64,000 nucleotides of DNA. It comes from Minisyncoccota bacterium (lineage in GTDB: Bacteria > Patescibacteriota > Minisyncoccia > Phycocordibacterales > CAJBRS01). The notes under the pieces are model-generated. The model saw only the letters and a program-made list of their open reading frames with translations, was not told the DNA's origin and searched no databases. Shown one piece after another: positions 1-9,573 of this stretch (its first letter is position 1; each line of letters opens with the position of its first letter). Location of the stretch: positions 682-64,681 of the forward strand of contig JADGRH010000003.1 of assembly GCA_017881075.1 (NCBI GenBank). Direction: 5' to 3'. Position numbers and translations under genes: made by a program.

Positions 1-88
1 TGAAGATGGCAAAAGAAGACAAAGAACGCCATCGCTACGTCTACAAAAACGACGACCATATAGGTGGGACGATAGGCGACAGAATTCT

Positions 89-433
89 TTAAGAGATTTT
101 CGCAACTATGCGATTGAAAGTAGCGGGAGATTCTTGGGCCAGAATAGCCAGAGTTTTTCGGTCGTAAGCTAAATTATTTTTCTTCAGAGCGCCGATGAAT
201 TTACTGTATGAGAGATTGTGTTCTTTCAGAGCGGCGCTAATGCGAACATTCCATAATTTACGAAAATCGTTCTTCTTGTCGCGACGGTGAGCGAAGGCGT
301 AAGTACCGGCATGAGAAATAGCTTCAATGGCCTGACGCTCCTTGGTGCTACGTCCAAAACGATAGCCTTTAACTTGCTTTAAAACATTTCTCCTAGTTTT
401 GAGAGCGTGGACTCCCTTCTTTACTCTTGTCAT
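89..433 (-). CDS. rplT: 50S ribosomal protein L20
   Basis: MTRVKKG...KGYRFGRS...YAFAHRRDKKNDFRKLWNVRISAA; infC-rpmI-rplT order. Confidence 0.97.
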   Translation of the reverse strand: MTRVKKGVHALKTRRNVLKQVKGYRFGRSTKERQAIEAISHAGTYAFAHRRDKKNDFRKLWNVRISAALKEHNLSYSKFIGALKKNNLAYDRKTLAILAQESPATFNRIVAKIS

Positions 434-438
434 GATAT

Positions 439-621
439 TTAAGCGGTGATAAACCTTGAGCGGCTTTTATTGCTAATCTTGAAAGGGACGCTTCGATTAC
501 GCGCCATTTGCTTGGAGCTTGATTCCTTAGCATTGAAATGATTTTGCCCTGGTCTACGAGCAAGAAGCTTGCCATTTTTGGTTACTCTTATTCTCTTTGA
601 ATATGATTTGTTGGTTTTCAT
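439..621 (-). CDS. rpmI: 50S ribosomal protein L35
   Basis: MKTNKSYSKRIRVTKNGK...HFNAK; lies between infC and rplT. Confidence 0.95.
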   Translation of the reverse strand: MKTNKSYSKRIRVTKNGKLLARRPGQNHFNAKESSSKQMARNRSVPFKISNKSRSRFITA

Positions 622-1130
622 ACTTTTTCGATAATAATACTTAAGCCCTTCGGACTTTTTTTGGCCGGATCGGCAATCTTATATTCTTCGGTTAGGAGCT
701 TTAATATACGCTCCATCCTTCCTTTTAAGAAATCTTGATCAAGGTATTTGGCTCGGCCGGGCAAGAATAAGTCTATCTTGATGCGATGCCCCTCCTTCAG
801 CCATTCGGAGGCCTTTTTTGCTTTCAGGACCAGATCGTGCTCTCCGGTGCCCAACTTTACCTGTAGGCCCTTTACTTCAACGGTATGGGTGCGGGCCTTG
901 GAATGCTTCAATTTTTTGTTTTCGTCGTATTGAAACTTACCATAATCCATTATTTTTGCAACCGGCGGCTTGGCATTCGGCGAGATCTCAATAAGATCAA
1001 GGCCCACTTCAGTGGCCCGTTTCAAGGCATCCGAGAGGCTAATAACCCCCATATTGGCTCCATCATGGTCAATGACCCGCAATTCGGCGGCTCTGATTTG
1101 ATGATTGATTCTAGTTTGAGGGGTGGCCAA
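618..1130 (-). CDS. infC: translation initiation factor IF-3 (non-AUG start: TTG at 1130 or in-frame ATC at 1133)
   Basis: RINHQIRAAELRVID...GLDLIEISPNAKPPVAKIMDYGKFQY motifs. Confidence 0.96.
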   Translation of the reverse strand: MATPQTRINHQIRAAELRVIDHDGANMGVISLSDALKRATEVGLDLIEISPNAKPPVAKIMDYGKFQYDENKKLKHSKARTHTVEVKGLQVKLGTGEHDLVLKAKKASEWLKEGHRIKIDLFLPGRAKYLDQDFLKGRMERILKLLTEEYKIADPAKKSPKGLSIIIEKV

Positions 1131-1265
1131 GATTTATGAAGAGGGAATTAAGATTATTGGTATCATATCACCTCGGGGTCTTTTTAGCAAAATACTTCTA
1201 TAGTAAGCCTTACGAACATTATACACTCTGCTATAATTATTGGTATCAATTGAACTTAAACTATA

Positions 1266-1871
1266 ATGCTTACTCTTAATGAGAGACATAGGTTGGGGCG
1301 GAAAACTTACTGGCTATTTTTTTTGAAGAATAGTGTCGGCGCCATCCTTTTCTTTGGCGCCGCCATTCTTTTCCTGATCCTTTCTTCTATTGGTTCAGAG
1401 ACATTGACCGGTAGTCTCAATCTCACGAATGATGGCGTTCGCACCGCGCAGGCCTTCCTCGTCTTGGGACTCTTGGCTACCTCCTCCGCTTTTATTCTTC
1501 TTGGCGCTATTTCCGCTATATGGACTTGGTATGAATATAAAAGTTACACCTTTATTTTGGATGACCATGCTCTGGAAGTTTCGCGAGGCATCATCACCAA
1601 AGAAAACATCTCTATTCCATATCATCACATTGAAGATATCAATCTTGAGCAGAGCCTTTTTTATCAGATGATTGGCGTCTGTCGATTGGTCATAATGACT
1701 GCTGGCCGAGGCACTAACCAGGACGATTACCAAGATCAATCCGAGGGAATTCTACCGGCCATTGATATTGAGATGGGGCACGAGATTCAAAAAACAATTA
1801 TGAAAAGATCAAACTATCAGGAGGTGATTAATGTTAATCCATCACCAGAGGTTAGACCTCCGATGGGATAA
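1266..1871 (+). CDS. membrane protein with bacterial PH (bPH_2/YdbS-like) domain
   Basis: two TM helices, then YTFILDD..LEVSRGIITK..SIPYHHIEDINLEQS..GVCRLVIMTAG. Confidence 0.75.
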   Translation: MLTLNERHRLGRKTYWLFFLKNSVGAILFFGAAILFLILSSIGSETLTGSLNLTNDGVRTAQAFLVLGLLATSSAFILLGAISAIWTWYEYKSYTFILDDHALEVSRGIITKENISIPYHHIEDINLEQSLFYQMIGVCRLVIMTAGRGTNQDDYQDQSEGILPAIDIEMGHEIQKTIMKRSNYQEVINVNPSPEVRPPMG

Positions 1872-1874
1872 ATC

Positions 1875-2283
1875 GGTGGAGATGGTGGAAGTTGAATCCA
1901 CGTGCAGTCAAGACTTTAAAATGTTTCTACAAAGTATAGTTAATCTTTTTGTTCAAGTATTTATTTTGAACAATTTAAGAAAGATAAGTATTAGACCAAC
2001 AGAACCTTATCTTTCCGATCTCTATTATTCGGGCTCTCTCGCAGAGCGGCGAGAGGTCCTATTCCGAAGATATAACACTCGGTGAGCGATTACGGAAGGC
2101 CCGCTCTCGGGTGTCACTTACGCTTTAGAAGCGTAGGCGAAAGCAAAGTCATTCGCCGTAAAGTACGGAGAAGCTTTAGCCACTAAGTTTTTTGCACTTA
2201 GGTTTTCTCACAGATTAAGGAGTTATGAGGGCTCCACTTTGCGCATATTTAGAGTGATTTGGCTGTCGATGCCTGTCATCCCC
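1875..2283 (-). ncRNA. ssrA: tmRNA
   Basis: 5' GGGGATG..TCGAC; 3' T-arm plus CATCTCCA (acceptor stem with G3-U); internal tag ORF 2195->2118 AKNLVAKASPYFTANDFAFAYASKA*; next to smpB. Confidence 0.93.
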
Positions 2284-2353
2284 GAATTGCGAAGCAATTC
2301 GCCCCGAGTTTTTATCGAGGGGCTCCCGCACAATTCACGAATGACTGACTCAA

Positions 2354-2800
2354 CTATTGATTTTTCAAAGTCCTTCTGATCTCTCGATCAGTATCGCGTT
2401 TCTTCAGATCCTGCCGCTTATCAAATTTTTTCTTACCTCTTACGACGGCTACCTGAACCTTTATCTTACCGGCTTTATTATACACTGAAATAGGCACAAT
2501 TGTCAACCCCTTTTTAGCTTCATTATTGGCCAATTTAGTGATTTCGGACTTTGTGAGGAGCAATCGGCGGTTGCGTATCGGCTCGTATCCTTTGGGGGTG
2601 TTGGCCACTTGATATGGCGGAATCTGCATACCCAGAAGATAGGCTTCGCCACCACGTACGCTAACGTGCGCGGCGGTAAGCTCTCCGCGTTTTTGTCGCA
2701 GAGACTTCACCTCAAAACCAAATAGCTCGATCCCAGCTTCAAAGCTCTCCAGAATCTCGTAATTAAGGCCGGCTTTTTTGTTTTGGACTAAATTCGACAT
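2354..2800 (-). CDS. smpB: SsrA-binding protein (likely start ATG 2800)
   Basis: NKKAGLNYEILESFEAGIELFGFEVKSLR...RRLLL...GKKKFDKR. Confidence 0.97.
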   Translation of the reverse strand: MSNLVQNKKAGLNYEILESFEAGIELFGFEVKSLRQKRGELTAAHVSVRGGEAYLLGMQIPPYQVANTPKGYEPIRNRRLLLTKSEITKLANNEAKKGLTIVPISVYNKAGKIKVQVAVVRGKKKFDKRQDLKKRDTDREIRRTLKNQ

Positions 2801-2822
2801 ACAGGTATAATAGCAGTTTATC

Positions 2823-4763
2823 ATGGCTATTTTTGATCAAAAACCAAAAAAAACTCTTAGACCTTCACGTAAAAAAGGTCCGCTAAGTCGATTGCCCGGA
2901 GGGCGCAACCCTTTGTTTGGCAATGTGTTGATGACGGTTATTATCTTTATCATTTTGATCGCCTCATACGCTTTCATTACCGATAATAATTCAAATACTC
3001 AAACTATAAGTATCTCCCAACTGGCCCAAGACATCATTGGAGGAAAGGTAACGGAAGTGGCTGTAAGTGGAGACGATCTCTCTGTTACTTATGCGGATAA
3101 AAGCGTTAAGAGTTCAAAGAAAGAAGTAGCAAGTTCTTTATCACAGACTCTGGTGAATTATGGAGTGACTAAAGAAGATCTGGCCAAGGTCAACATTGCA
3201 GAGAAAAATTCCACAGGCTTTACTTATTGGCTTATCAACTTAGCTCCTTTTATTTTCCCAATTCTTTTCATTATTTTTTTCCTCTGGTTTCTGTCGCGAC
3301 AAGTGAAAGGGGCTGGCATGCAGGCCTTTACTTTCGGTCAATCAAAAGCGCGCCTGACTTCACCGACTGATAAAAAACAACGGGTTACCTTCAAAGATGT
3401 AGCTGGTGCCAAAGAAGCCAAAGAAGAACTTTCTGAAATCGTGGATTTTCTAAAAAATCCGAAAAAGTTTTTAGATATTGGTGCCAGAATTCCGAAAGGA
3501 ATTCTATTAATGGGTGCACCCGGCACGGGCAAAACCCTCCTGGCCCGTGCCGTCGCCGGCGAAGCCGGCGTGGCCTTCTTTTCTATTTCTGGATCGGAAT
3601 TTGTGGAAATGTTTGTTGGTGTCGGGGCTTCACGAGTGCGCGATCTTTTCAGTTTAGCCAAACAAGCCGCTCCGGCCATTATCTTTATGGATGAAATTGA
3701 TGCTGTAGGAAGAGTGCGGGGCAGTGGCATGGGTGGCGGAAATGATGAGAGGGAACAGACTCTAAATCAAATTCTAGTTGAGATGGATGGCTTTGAACCG
3801 AATGAAAAAGTAATCATGATGGCGGCCACCAATCGCCCTGATGTTCTGGATCCGGCCCTACTTCGTCCTGGCCGTTTTGATCGCCGAGTGACAATTGATA
3901 TGCCAGACAGAGAGGATAGGGAAGCGATTTTAAAAGTGCATTCAAAAGAGAAACCGTTCGGAGAAGATGTAAATTTGCGAGTGATTGCCGAGAGAACCCC
4001 AGGATTTTCCGGAGCGGATCTTTACTCGCTAATGAATGAAGGAGCCATCCTCGCCGCTCGCGAAAATCGTACAAAAATTACCCAATATGATCTTATCCGT
4101 TCAATTGAAAAAGTAATGCTTGGGCCAGAGAGACGCAGTCACATTCTTTCTAAAAAAGAAAAAGAAATTACTGCCTACCATGAAGCCGGTCACGCTTTGG
4201 TGGCCTCTGTGCTTCCTTACGCCGATCCGGTTCACAAAATTTCTATCATCTCCCGCGGCCGGGCTGCGGGCTACACCCTGAAGCTTCCGATAGAAGAGCG
4301 TAGGCTTCAATCAAAGAATGAATTTTTGGATGATATCGCCGTTTCTTTGGGAGGATATGTAGTGGAGAAAAAGATTTTCGGCGATCTGACTACCGGCTCA
4401 TCAAATGACCTGCAAGTCTCAACAGCTCTGGCGCGCGACATGGTTACTAAATATGGAATGTCGGACAAGATCGGACCAATTGCCCTAGAAGGTACGGGTG
4501 GCCGAACTTTGTTTGGAAGGGGAGTGGAAGAGAGAGAATATTCTGAAGATGTTGGAAAACTAATTGACTCCGAAGTCTCCAAGATTATGATGGATGCTTT
4601 CAAAAAAACTGAAACTATCATTACCGAAAAACGATCGATTCTTGACGCCATCGCCAAGGAGCTCATCGAAGCCGAAACCCTAGAACGCGAAGCTTTTGAA
4701 AAAATCTTAATTGCCAACGGCATCATTCCAAAGAAAAAGAAAGATATTGAGCATCAGGAATAA
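2823..4763 (+). CDS. ftsH: ATP-dependent zinc metalloprotease FtsH
   Basis: 2 TMs, Walker [29 protein letters not shown]. Confidence 0.98.
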   Translation: MAIFDQKPKKTLRPSRKKGPLSRLPGGRNPLFGNVLMTVIIFIILIASYAFITDNNSNTQTISISQLAQDIIGGKVTEVAVSGDDLSVTYADKSVKSSKKEVASSLSQTLVNYGVTKEDLAKVNIAEKNSTGFTYWLINLAPFIFPILFIIFFLWFLSRQVKGAGMQAFTFGQSKARLTSPTDKKQRVTFKDVAGAKEAKEELSEIVDFLKNPKKFLDIGARIPKGILLMGAPGTGKTLLARAVAGEAGVAFFSISGSEFVEMFVGVGASRVRDLFSLAKQAAPAIIFMDEIDAVGRVRGSGMGGGNDEREQTLNQILVEMDGFEPNEKVIMMAATNRPDVLDPALLRPGRFDRRVTIDMPDREDREAILKVHSKEKPFGEDVNLRVIAERTPGFSGADLYSLMNEGAILAARENRTKITQYDLIRSIEKVMLGPERRSHILSKKEKEITAYHEAGHALVASVLPYADPVHKISIISRGRAAGYTLKLPIEERRLQSKNEFLDDIAVSLGGYVVEKKIFGDLTTGSSNDLQVSTALARDMVTKYGMSDKIGPIALEGTGGRTLFGRGVEEREYSEDVGKLIDSEVSKIMMDAFKKTETIITEKRSILDAIAKELIEAETLEREAFEKILIANGIIPKKKKDIEHQE

Positions 4764-4869
4764 GGGGTTGTAATACTTTAAAAGAAGTCACGTCTCCCAT
4801 ACTGAAGCGTTTCGTTACAATAAATTTTTCAATAAATTTAATGCGCGCGAAATACTTTAATAAGCCTCC

Positions 4870-4898
4870 AAAAAGCCGCTTTATGAGCGGTTTTTTTG
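4870..4898 (+). terminator. intrinsic terminator after ftsH
   Basis: aaaagccgct-ttatg-agcggttttttt hairpin plus T-run. Confidence 0.65.
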
Positions 4899-4950
4899 GT
4901 GGTTTTTATCTTTTTTTGATGGAGAATTCATTGTAAATTTGTTCTAATAC

Positions 4951-4995
4951 TTGACTTTTATTATTAGAGAGACTAATATAACAATATTGTTATAT
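4951..4995 (+). promoter_or_regulatory. putative promoter with 20-bp palindromic operator of the TA operon
   Basis: TTGACT at 4951; perfect palindrome ATATAACAAT|ATTGTTATAT at 4976-4995 upstream of the toxin gene. Confidence 0.6.
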
Positions 4996-5011
4996 ATGGT
5001 CGAAACAAATT

Positions 5012-5389
5012 ATGCTAGAAGACTCAAAAATACTCTGGATTATCGATTGGGGTGTAATAGGGCGAAAAAATTGGGCAGAAAAGGAAAGAAGAAAATATGA
5101 AAGAGTAAACGGATCAGATTATGAATTATTTGCTAGGAAACTTAAATGGTTCCAAGGCAGGCATATTTCTGATCTCATAAAGATGGAGGATATGGAACAG
5201 ATAGGCAAAAATGAGGACGGCTACAAGTTAAATCTACAAGTAAAAAAGAAAACAATAAGAATATTTGGATTCTTGGAAAAAGACCATTTGGTATTTCACC
5301 CCTTTCTTTTTCTGATAAAGAAGACTAATCAAATAACTTTAATGGATTTGAGGACTTTTGAAGAAAGAATAAAAAAATATGAAAAATAA
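5012..5389 (+). CDS. RelE/HigB (Gp49-like) family toxin
   Basis: small basic protein, YKLNLQV..TIRIFGF..FLFLIKKTNQI pattern; upstream of and overlapping an HTH gene. Confidence 0.6.
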   Translation: MLEDSKILWIIDWGVIGRKNWAEKERRKYERVNGSDYELFARKLKWFQGRHISDLIKMEDMEQIGKNEDGYKLNLQVKKKTIRIFGFLEKDHLVFHPFLFLIKKTNQITLMDLRTFEERIKKYEK

Positions 5390-5774
5390 AAAAAGAAAAA
5401 ATAATATGGATAGGAAAGATGATTTTAGGTTTGAGGTAGCCAATCTTATCACCGAGGTACGATATCATTACAAGCTTACCCAAGTCCAACTGGCTAAGAA
5501 GATGAAAACTCAGCAGCCAAGTATTGCCCGAGTAGAGAGTGGAAATATACTGCCAAGTCTAAGCTTCTTAGAACGATTAGCTGATTCTTTAGGTACATAT
5601 CTTATCGCTCCGAAATTTGGTTTTATGGAAGAACAAATAAAAAATTTCACTCATAACATAAACACTCATAGTTCCTCAAGAGCCCAAATTCTTAATACTC
5701 ACAACGGCATTCAAATTAGCTTCATTCAGACCAGCTATTTTGAGCATTGGCCAGACGTATTAGTAATGAGATAA
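5379..5774 (+). CDS. XRE-family HTH antitoxin (HigA-like) with C-terminal extension
   Basis: LTQVQLAKKMKTQQPSIARVESGNILPSLSFLERLADSLG. Confidence 0.85.
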   Translation: MKNKKRKNNMDRKDDFRFEVANLITEVRYHYKLTQVQLAKKMKTQQPSIARVESGNILPSLSFLERLADSLGTYLIAPKFGFMEEQIKNFTHNINTHSSSRAQILNTHNGIQISFIQTSYFEHWPDVLVMR

Positions 5775-5785
5775 AGTATCTATTC

Positions 5786-6274
5786 ATGAAAAACATAAAA
5801 TCAAAGAGTAAAATCGAACATCTATGGACAATTGCATGTAGCTCATCTTCTATAGATGGAGAAACCAATAATGTTTCCCTATTTAATATTATTGAAGAGG
5901 TGGGTATACAATTACAGCCCCCTGTCGGACAAGTGATTGATTTTGAAGAAAAAAAAGCTTTTCCATTACAAATGGAGATAATTTCTTTATGGAAAAGATT
6001 GGTAAATGACGTCGACATTGCTTCGGATATAAAAATCGAACTGCTTGACCCAAATAATAAAAAGCTTCAAGAAATGCCCTATCGTCTGGAGATTAAATCC
6101 CAACACCAGAGAATGCGCATGCGCATAAGGGTTAATGGAATGAATTTTACAGGCCAAGGCGAATATCATTTTTCCGTCCTTGTTAAAGAGGAAGAGGGTG
6201 ACAACTTTCAAGAAGTGGCCAGAATCCCACTCTTGGTAAAGATTGCTTCTCTCACCGGTCCACAATCTCTGTAA
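5786..6274 (+). CDS. beta-rich hypothetical protein (DUF6941-like), third gene of the TA module
   Basis: WTIACSSSSIDGETNNVSLFNIIE...FTGQGEYHFSV...RIPLLV; family assignment from memory. Confidence 0.55.
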   Translation: MKNIKSKSKIEHLWTIACSSSSIDGETNNVSLFNIIEEVGIQLQPPVGQVIDFEEKKAFPLQMEIISLWKRLVNDVDIASDIKIELLDPNNKKLQEMPYRLEIKSQHQRMRMRIRVNGMNFTGQGEYHFSVLVKEEEGDNFQEVARIPLLVKIASLTGPQSL

Positions 6275-6320
6275 AGATAAATTACAGTTTAATCTTATTG
6301 GTAGTAAACAAAATTCTCGG

Positions 6321-6393
6321 TGCGAGTGCTAGGATTCGAACCTAGGACCGGGCGTGTATAAGACGCCTGCTCTACCAACTGAGCTACACTCGC
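6321..6393 (-). tRNA. tRNA-Ile (anticodon UAU)
   Basis: cloverleaf GCGAGTG/CACTCGC-A; anticodon arm GGCGT-CTTATAC-ACGCC; T-loop TTCGAAT. Confidence 0.92.
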
Positions 6394-6536
6394 GATTTTC
6401 AGATATTACCATATTTTCTAAGCTAATTTCATTTATCCCCAGCCCTCTATTGACGCCCCTAGCATTTCATATCGCTCTATGCTATTCTTTTAAGTGAGGG
6501 AATTAACTCTAAGTTTTATTAATAAATATTTTTTCT

Positions 6537-9500
6537 ATGTCTAAAAATCATTACAGACTGATTTTATCAGTTTTATTTCTTGGTGCTTTCTTTTTCGCTC
6601 ACGGAACGTCGGCTCAAACTATTCCGCCGACCATTCTTACTGTAGATATGAGTGTCGGTTCCACCGACGCTTCTACAGGGGGCCAGGTAACCATGCTCCA
6701 GGATTTTTTGCGAGCGACGGGCTACTTTAATCGCTCGTCCACTGGTTACTTCGCCTCTGTTACCAAGGCTTCCGTAAAGCATTTTCAAAGAGATAATAAT
6801 ATCTCTCCGGCAGAAGGATTTGTCGGACCTATCACTAGAGCTAAGATTGCTCTTTTAAGTACTGGAGGTACGGGAGGTATTGGGATTATTGGAGGTATTG
6901 ATCCCATCACCGTCCTTACTCTACCCGCAAGTTCCTCAACAATGGTAAACGTCTCATCGCGCGCTCAAACCTTAAGTGGTGACGGTGTGGCGATTTCAGG
7001 TTTTACTATTAGTGGAAATGGAGGAGGTTGCGGCAGTGCTCTAAATAATGCTGTTAATTGTGGAGCACTATTAATAGAAAGAAAGCAAGTTCTTATTCGC
7101 GGTCTCGGACCGACTCTTCTAAACTTCGGAATCAGTAATGCATTGGTAGATCCTACAATCTCGCTCAGGGACAGTTCCGGTCATGAGATTGCTTCCAACG
7201 ATAATTGGGGAGACGCAGATAGGGCAACTATTCAAGCCAATAACTCGATTGGACCTCTCAACAATAGCGAATCTGCTATTCTCGCTACTCTTGGTCCGGG
7301 TTCTTACACCGTAATACTGTCCGGGAATAATATAAGCAACAATAATAATATTGGGACGGTGGAAGTATATGACATTGCGGGTGATGCCGAACTAACCAGT
7401 GTCAGCACCCGAGGAAGAGTTGATGGAGGTGATGATGTACTCATCAGCGGCATGATCGTCAGATCAAACACCAATCAATCACAGACCTTCGTATTCAGAG
7501 GAATTGGTCCATCCCTCGCGAGCTCTGGGTTGACCGGAGTGATGAGTGATCCGACAATAACACTTTATGATTCTGCTGGCACAGCAATTGCTACAAATAA
7601 CGATTGGATGAGCGGCGGCAACCAATCAGACGACGAAGCAAGGATCCGAGATCTGGGACTAACCCCATCGAACGACAGAGAGTCCGCTTTAATTAAAACT
7701 CTTCCGCCGGGGGCCTACACCATTGTTCAACGCGGAGCAAATAATAGTACGGGACTAGGATTGGTAGAGATCTATAAGGTAGCAGGAGTAAATGTTGTAG
7801 CTTGCATCAGCACTACTCCTCAGGGGCAGTCACAGGGGCAGTCAATAGATTGCGGGCCAGAGATAACTTCGATTAGTCCATCTAACGGTCCTGTGGGCAC
7901 CGAAGTAGTCATTTACGGCTCAGGATTGACCACCTCTACCAATGTTAAATTCGGTTCAGGAGTGATTTCTTCGCCTACTTATCTTACAGCTCCTGATACT
8001 GGTATTATTTCCATTGCTTTTCCTGTTCCAGGCTTTCTACAATTAGCATGTCACTACTTAAATCCTCCTTGTGAAGCTCTCACCCCCCAAGTAACGCCTG
8101 GCGACTATCCTGTCTCTGTCACAAATAGTAACGGCACCAGTAATTCCAAGACTTTCACAGTCACATCTGGTAGCGCAAATAGTCACACCGGCACCCTCAC
8201 AGCCAACCCTAATCCCATCATTACTAATGAAACCCTCGGCGTTACCACTTTAAGTTGGACTACCGATAGCCCATTGGTTGAAGTCCATGTCAATTCTCCT
8301 AGTGGTGCTCTTTTTGCCCGCGCTGGCGGTAGTGGCAGTGCTCCTACCGGAATGTGGGTAGGGAATAATAGCAAATTCTATCTTCAAGATGTTTCTAATA
8401 ATTATTCTCTGACAACCGAACACACCTTGGCCACTCTGACCGTGACGTTGAGTGCTCTTCCTCCCTCAAACGCTCACCCACCAGTTGGATATTTTGACAA
8501 CATCACTACAGACGGCCTCGCTCTCGGGTGGGCCTATGATCCGGATCAATCTGTCACTTCCATTCCAGTTCACTTCTATATTGACGGAACATACGCAGGA
8601 CAAACTACTACCAACACATCAAGACCGGATGTCAATCAAGCGTTCGGAATAACGGGCAATCATGGTTACTCCTGGAGTATCCCCAACTCTTATCGAAATG
8701 GAGTGACGCATCAGATGTCGGTCTATGGTATTGATATCGGTGGGAACGGCAGCACAAATAGTCAGCTGACCAATTCTCCAAGAAGTTTTAATCTCACGGT
8801 TTCTACTCCTCCTCCAACCGCCTCCTTCACCATCAATGGCTCACATGATGTTACTGTCAATGTCGGAGAGGCCCTTAATTCCAGCTGGAGCTCAACCAAC
8901 GGAATTAGCTACAGCTCAACTTATACCAATAGCTGTACCCCTGGCGGTGTCGGAACTGGAGGCATAAACACCGCTTCCGGAAACAGCATCGGCTATCCTG
9001 ACGCAAGTATGGCTGGCTGTGACTTCACTATTACTTACCGAGTAGTGGGAGCTAACGGTCAGGTGGCTACGGCTGTAGTTGTGGATCATGTTAGGCCGGC
9101 TACTACTCTCAATGCTCCCACCGCCTCCTTCACCATCAACGGCTCACACGATGTTACCGTCAATGTCGGAGAGGCCCTTAATTCTAGTTGGAGCTCAACC
9201 AACGGAATTAGTTACAGCTCAACCTATACCAATAGCTGTACACCTGGAGCTACCGGAACTTGGGGTGCAAACACTGCTTCCGGAAACAGCACCGGCTATC
9301 CCGACGCAAGTATGGCTGGCTGTGACTTCACTATTACTTACCGAGTAGTGGGAGCTAACGGTCAGGCTGCTGCCGCTTCAGCCACAGATCATGTTGTGGG
9401 TACACACGCTTCAAACATGTCTGCTCATACCCAGACCGCCAATGTCCTCGATGCTCTGAAAAGTTTTATGGCCAGTGTTGATTTTCAAAATCAAACTGCT

Positions 9501-9560
9501 AATACCACTACCGTAATTAATCAGTTACTGAACAATCTGAAATCTCTATTAACTTATTAA
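6537..9560 (+). CDS. large secreted mosaic surface protein (PG-binding domain, IPT/TIG and Ig-like repeats)
   Basis: signal peptide; V.MLQDFL..GYF..TKASVKHFQ..GFVGPITRA PG-binding motif; PEITSISPSNGPVGTEVVIYGSG IPT domain. Confidence 0.85.
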   Translation: MSKNHYRLILSVLFLGAFFFAHGTSAQTIPPTILTVDMSVGSTDASTGGQVTMLQDFLRATGYFNRSSTGYFASVTKASVKHFQRDNNISPAEGFVGPITRAKIALLSTGGTGGIGIIGGIDPITVLTLPASSSTMVNVSSRAQTLSGDGVAISGFTISGNGGGCGSALNNAVNCGALLIERKQVLIRGLGPTLLNFGISNALVDPTISLRDSSGHEIASNDNWGDADRATIQANNSIGPLNNSESAILATLGPGSYTVILSGNNISNNNNIGTVEVYDIAGDAELTSVSTRGRVDGGDDVLISGMIVRSNTNQSQTFVFRGIGPSLASSGLTGVMSDPTITLYDSAGTAIATNNDWMSGGNQSDDEARIRDLGLTPSNDRESALIKTLPPGAYTIVQRGANNSTGLGLVEIYKVAGVNVVACISTTPQGQSQGQSIDCGPEITSISPSNGPVGTEVVIYGSGLTTSTNVKFGSGVISSPTYLTAPDTGIISIAFPVPGFLQLACHYLNPPCEALTPQVTPGDYPVSVTNSNGTSNSKTFTVTSGSANSHTGTLTANPNPIITNETLGVTTLSWTTDSPLVEVHVNSPSGALFARAGGSGSAPTGMWVGNNSKFYLQDVSNNYSLTTEHTLATLTVTLSALPPSNAHPPVGYFDNITTDGLALGWAYDPDQSVTSIPVHFYIDGTYAGQTTTNTSRPDVNQAFGITGNHGYSWSIPNSYRNGVTHQMSVYGIDIGGNGSTNSQLTNSPRSFNLTVSTPPPTASFTINGSHDVTVNVGEALNSSWSSTNGISYSSTYTNSCTPGGVGTGGINTASGNSIGYPDASMAGCDFTITYRVVGANGQVATAVVVDHVRPATTLNAPTASFTINGSHDVTVNVGEALNSSWSSTNGISYSSTYTNSCTPGATGTWGANTASGNSTGYPDASMAGCDFTITYRVVGANGQAAAASATDHVVGTHASNMSAHTQTANVLDALKSFMASVDFQNQTANTTTVINQLLNNLKSLLTY
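8817..9368 (+). repeat. intragenic tandem duplication, period 303 nt (101 aa)
   Basis: near-identical DNA starting accgcctccttcaccatcaa at 8817 and 9120. Confidence 0.9.
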
Positions 9561-9573
9561 CCAACAGATAAAA

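Noticed and set aside
2801-2824. Longer smpB start from the ORF track
   Set aside because: It would overlap the ftsH start and the shared promoter region; homology begins at Met 2800.
4764-6320. TA cassette as an att-bounded island at tRNA-Ile
   Set aside because: No duplicated tRNA 3' end or integrase could be found.
8817-9368. Near-identical repeat pair as a DGR template/variable region
   Set aside because: Differences are not adenine-specific, both copies are in-frame in one gene, and no reverse transcriptase is in the window.
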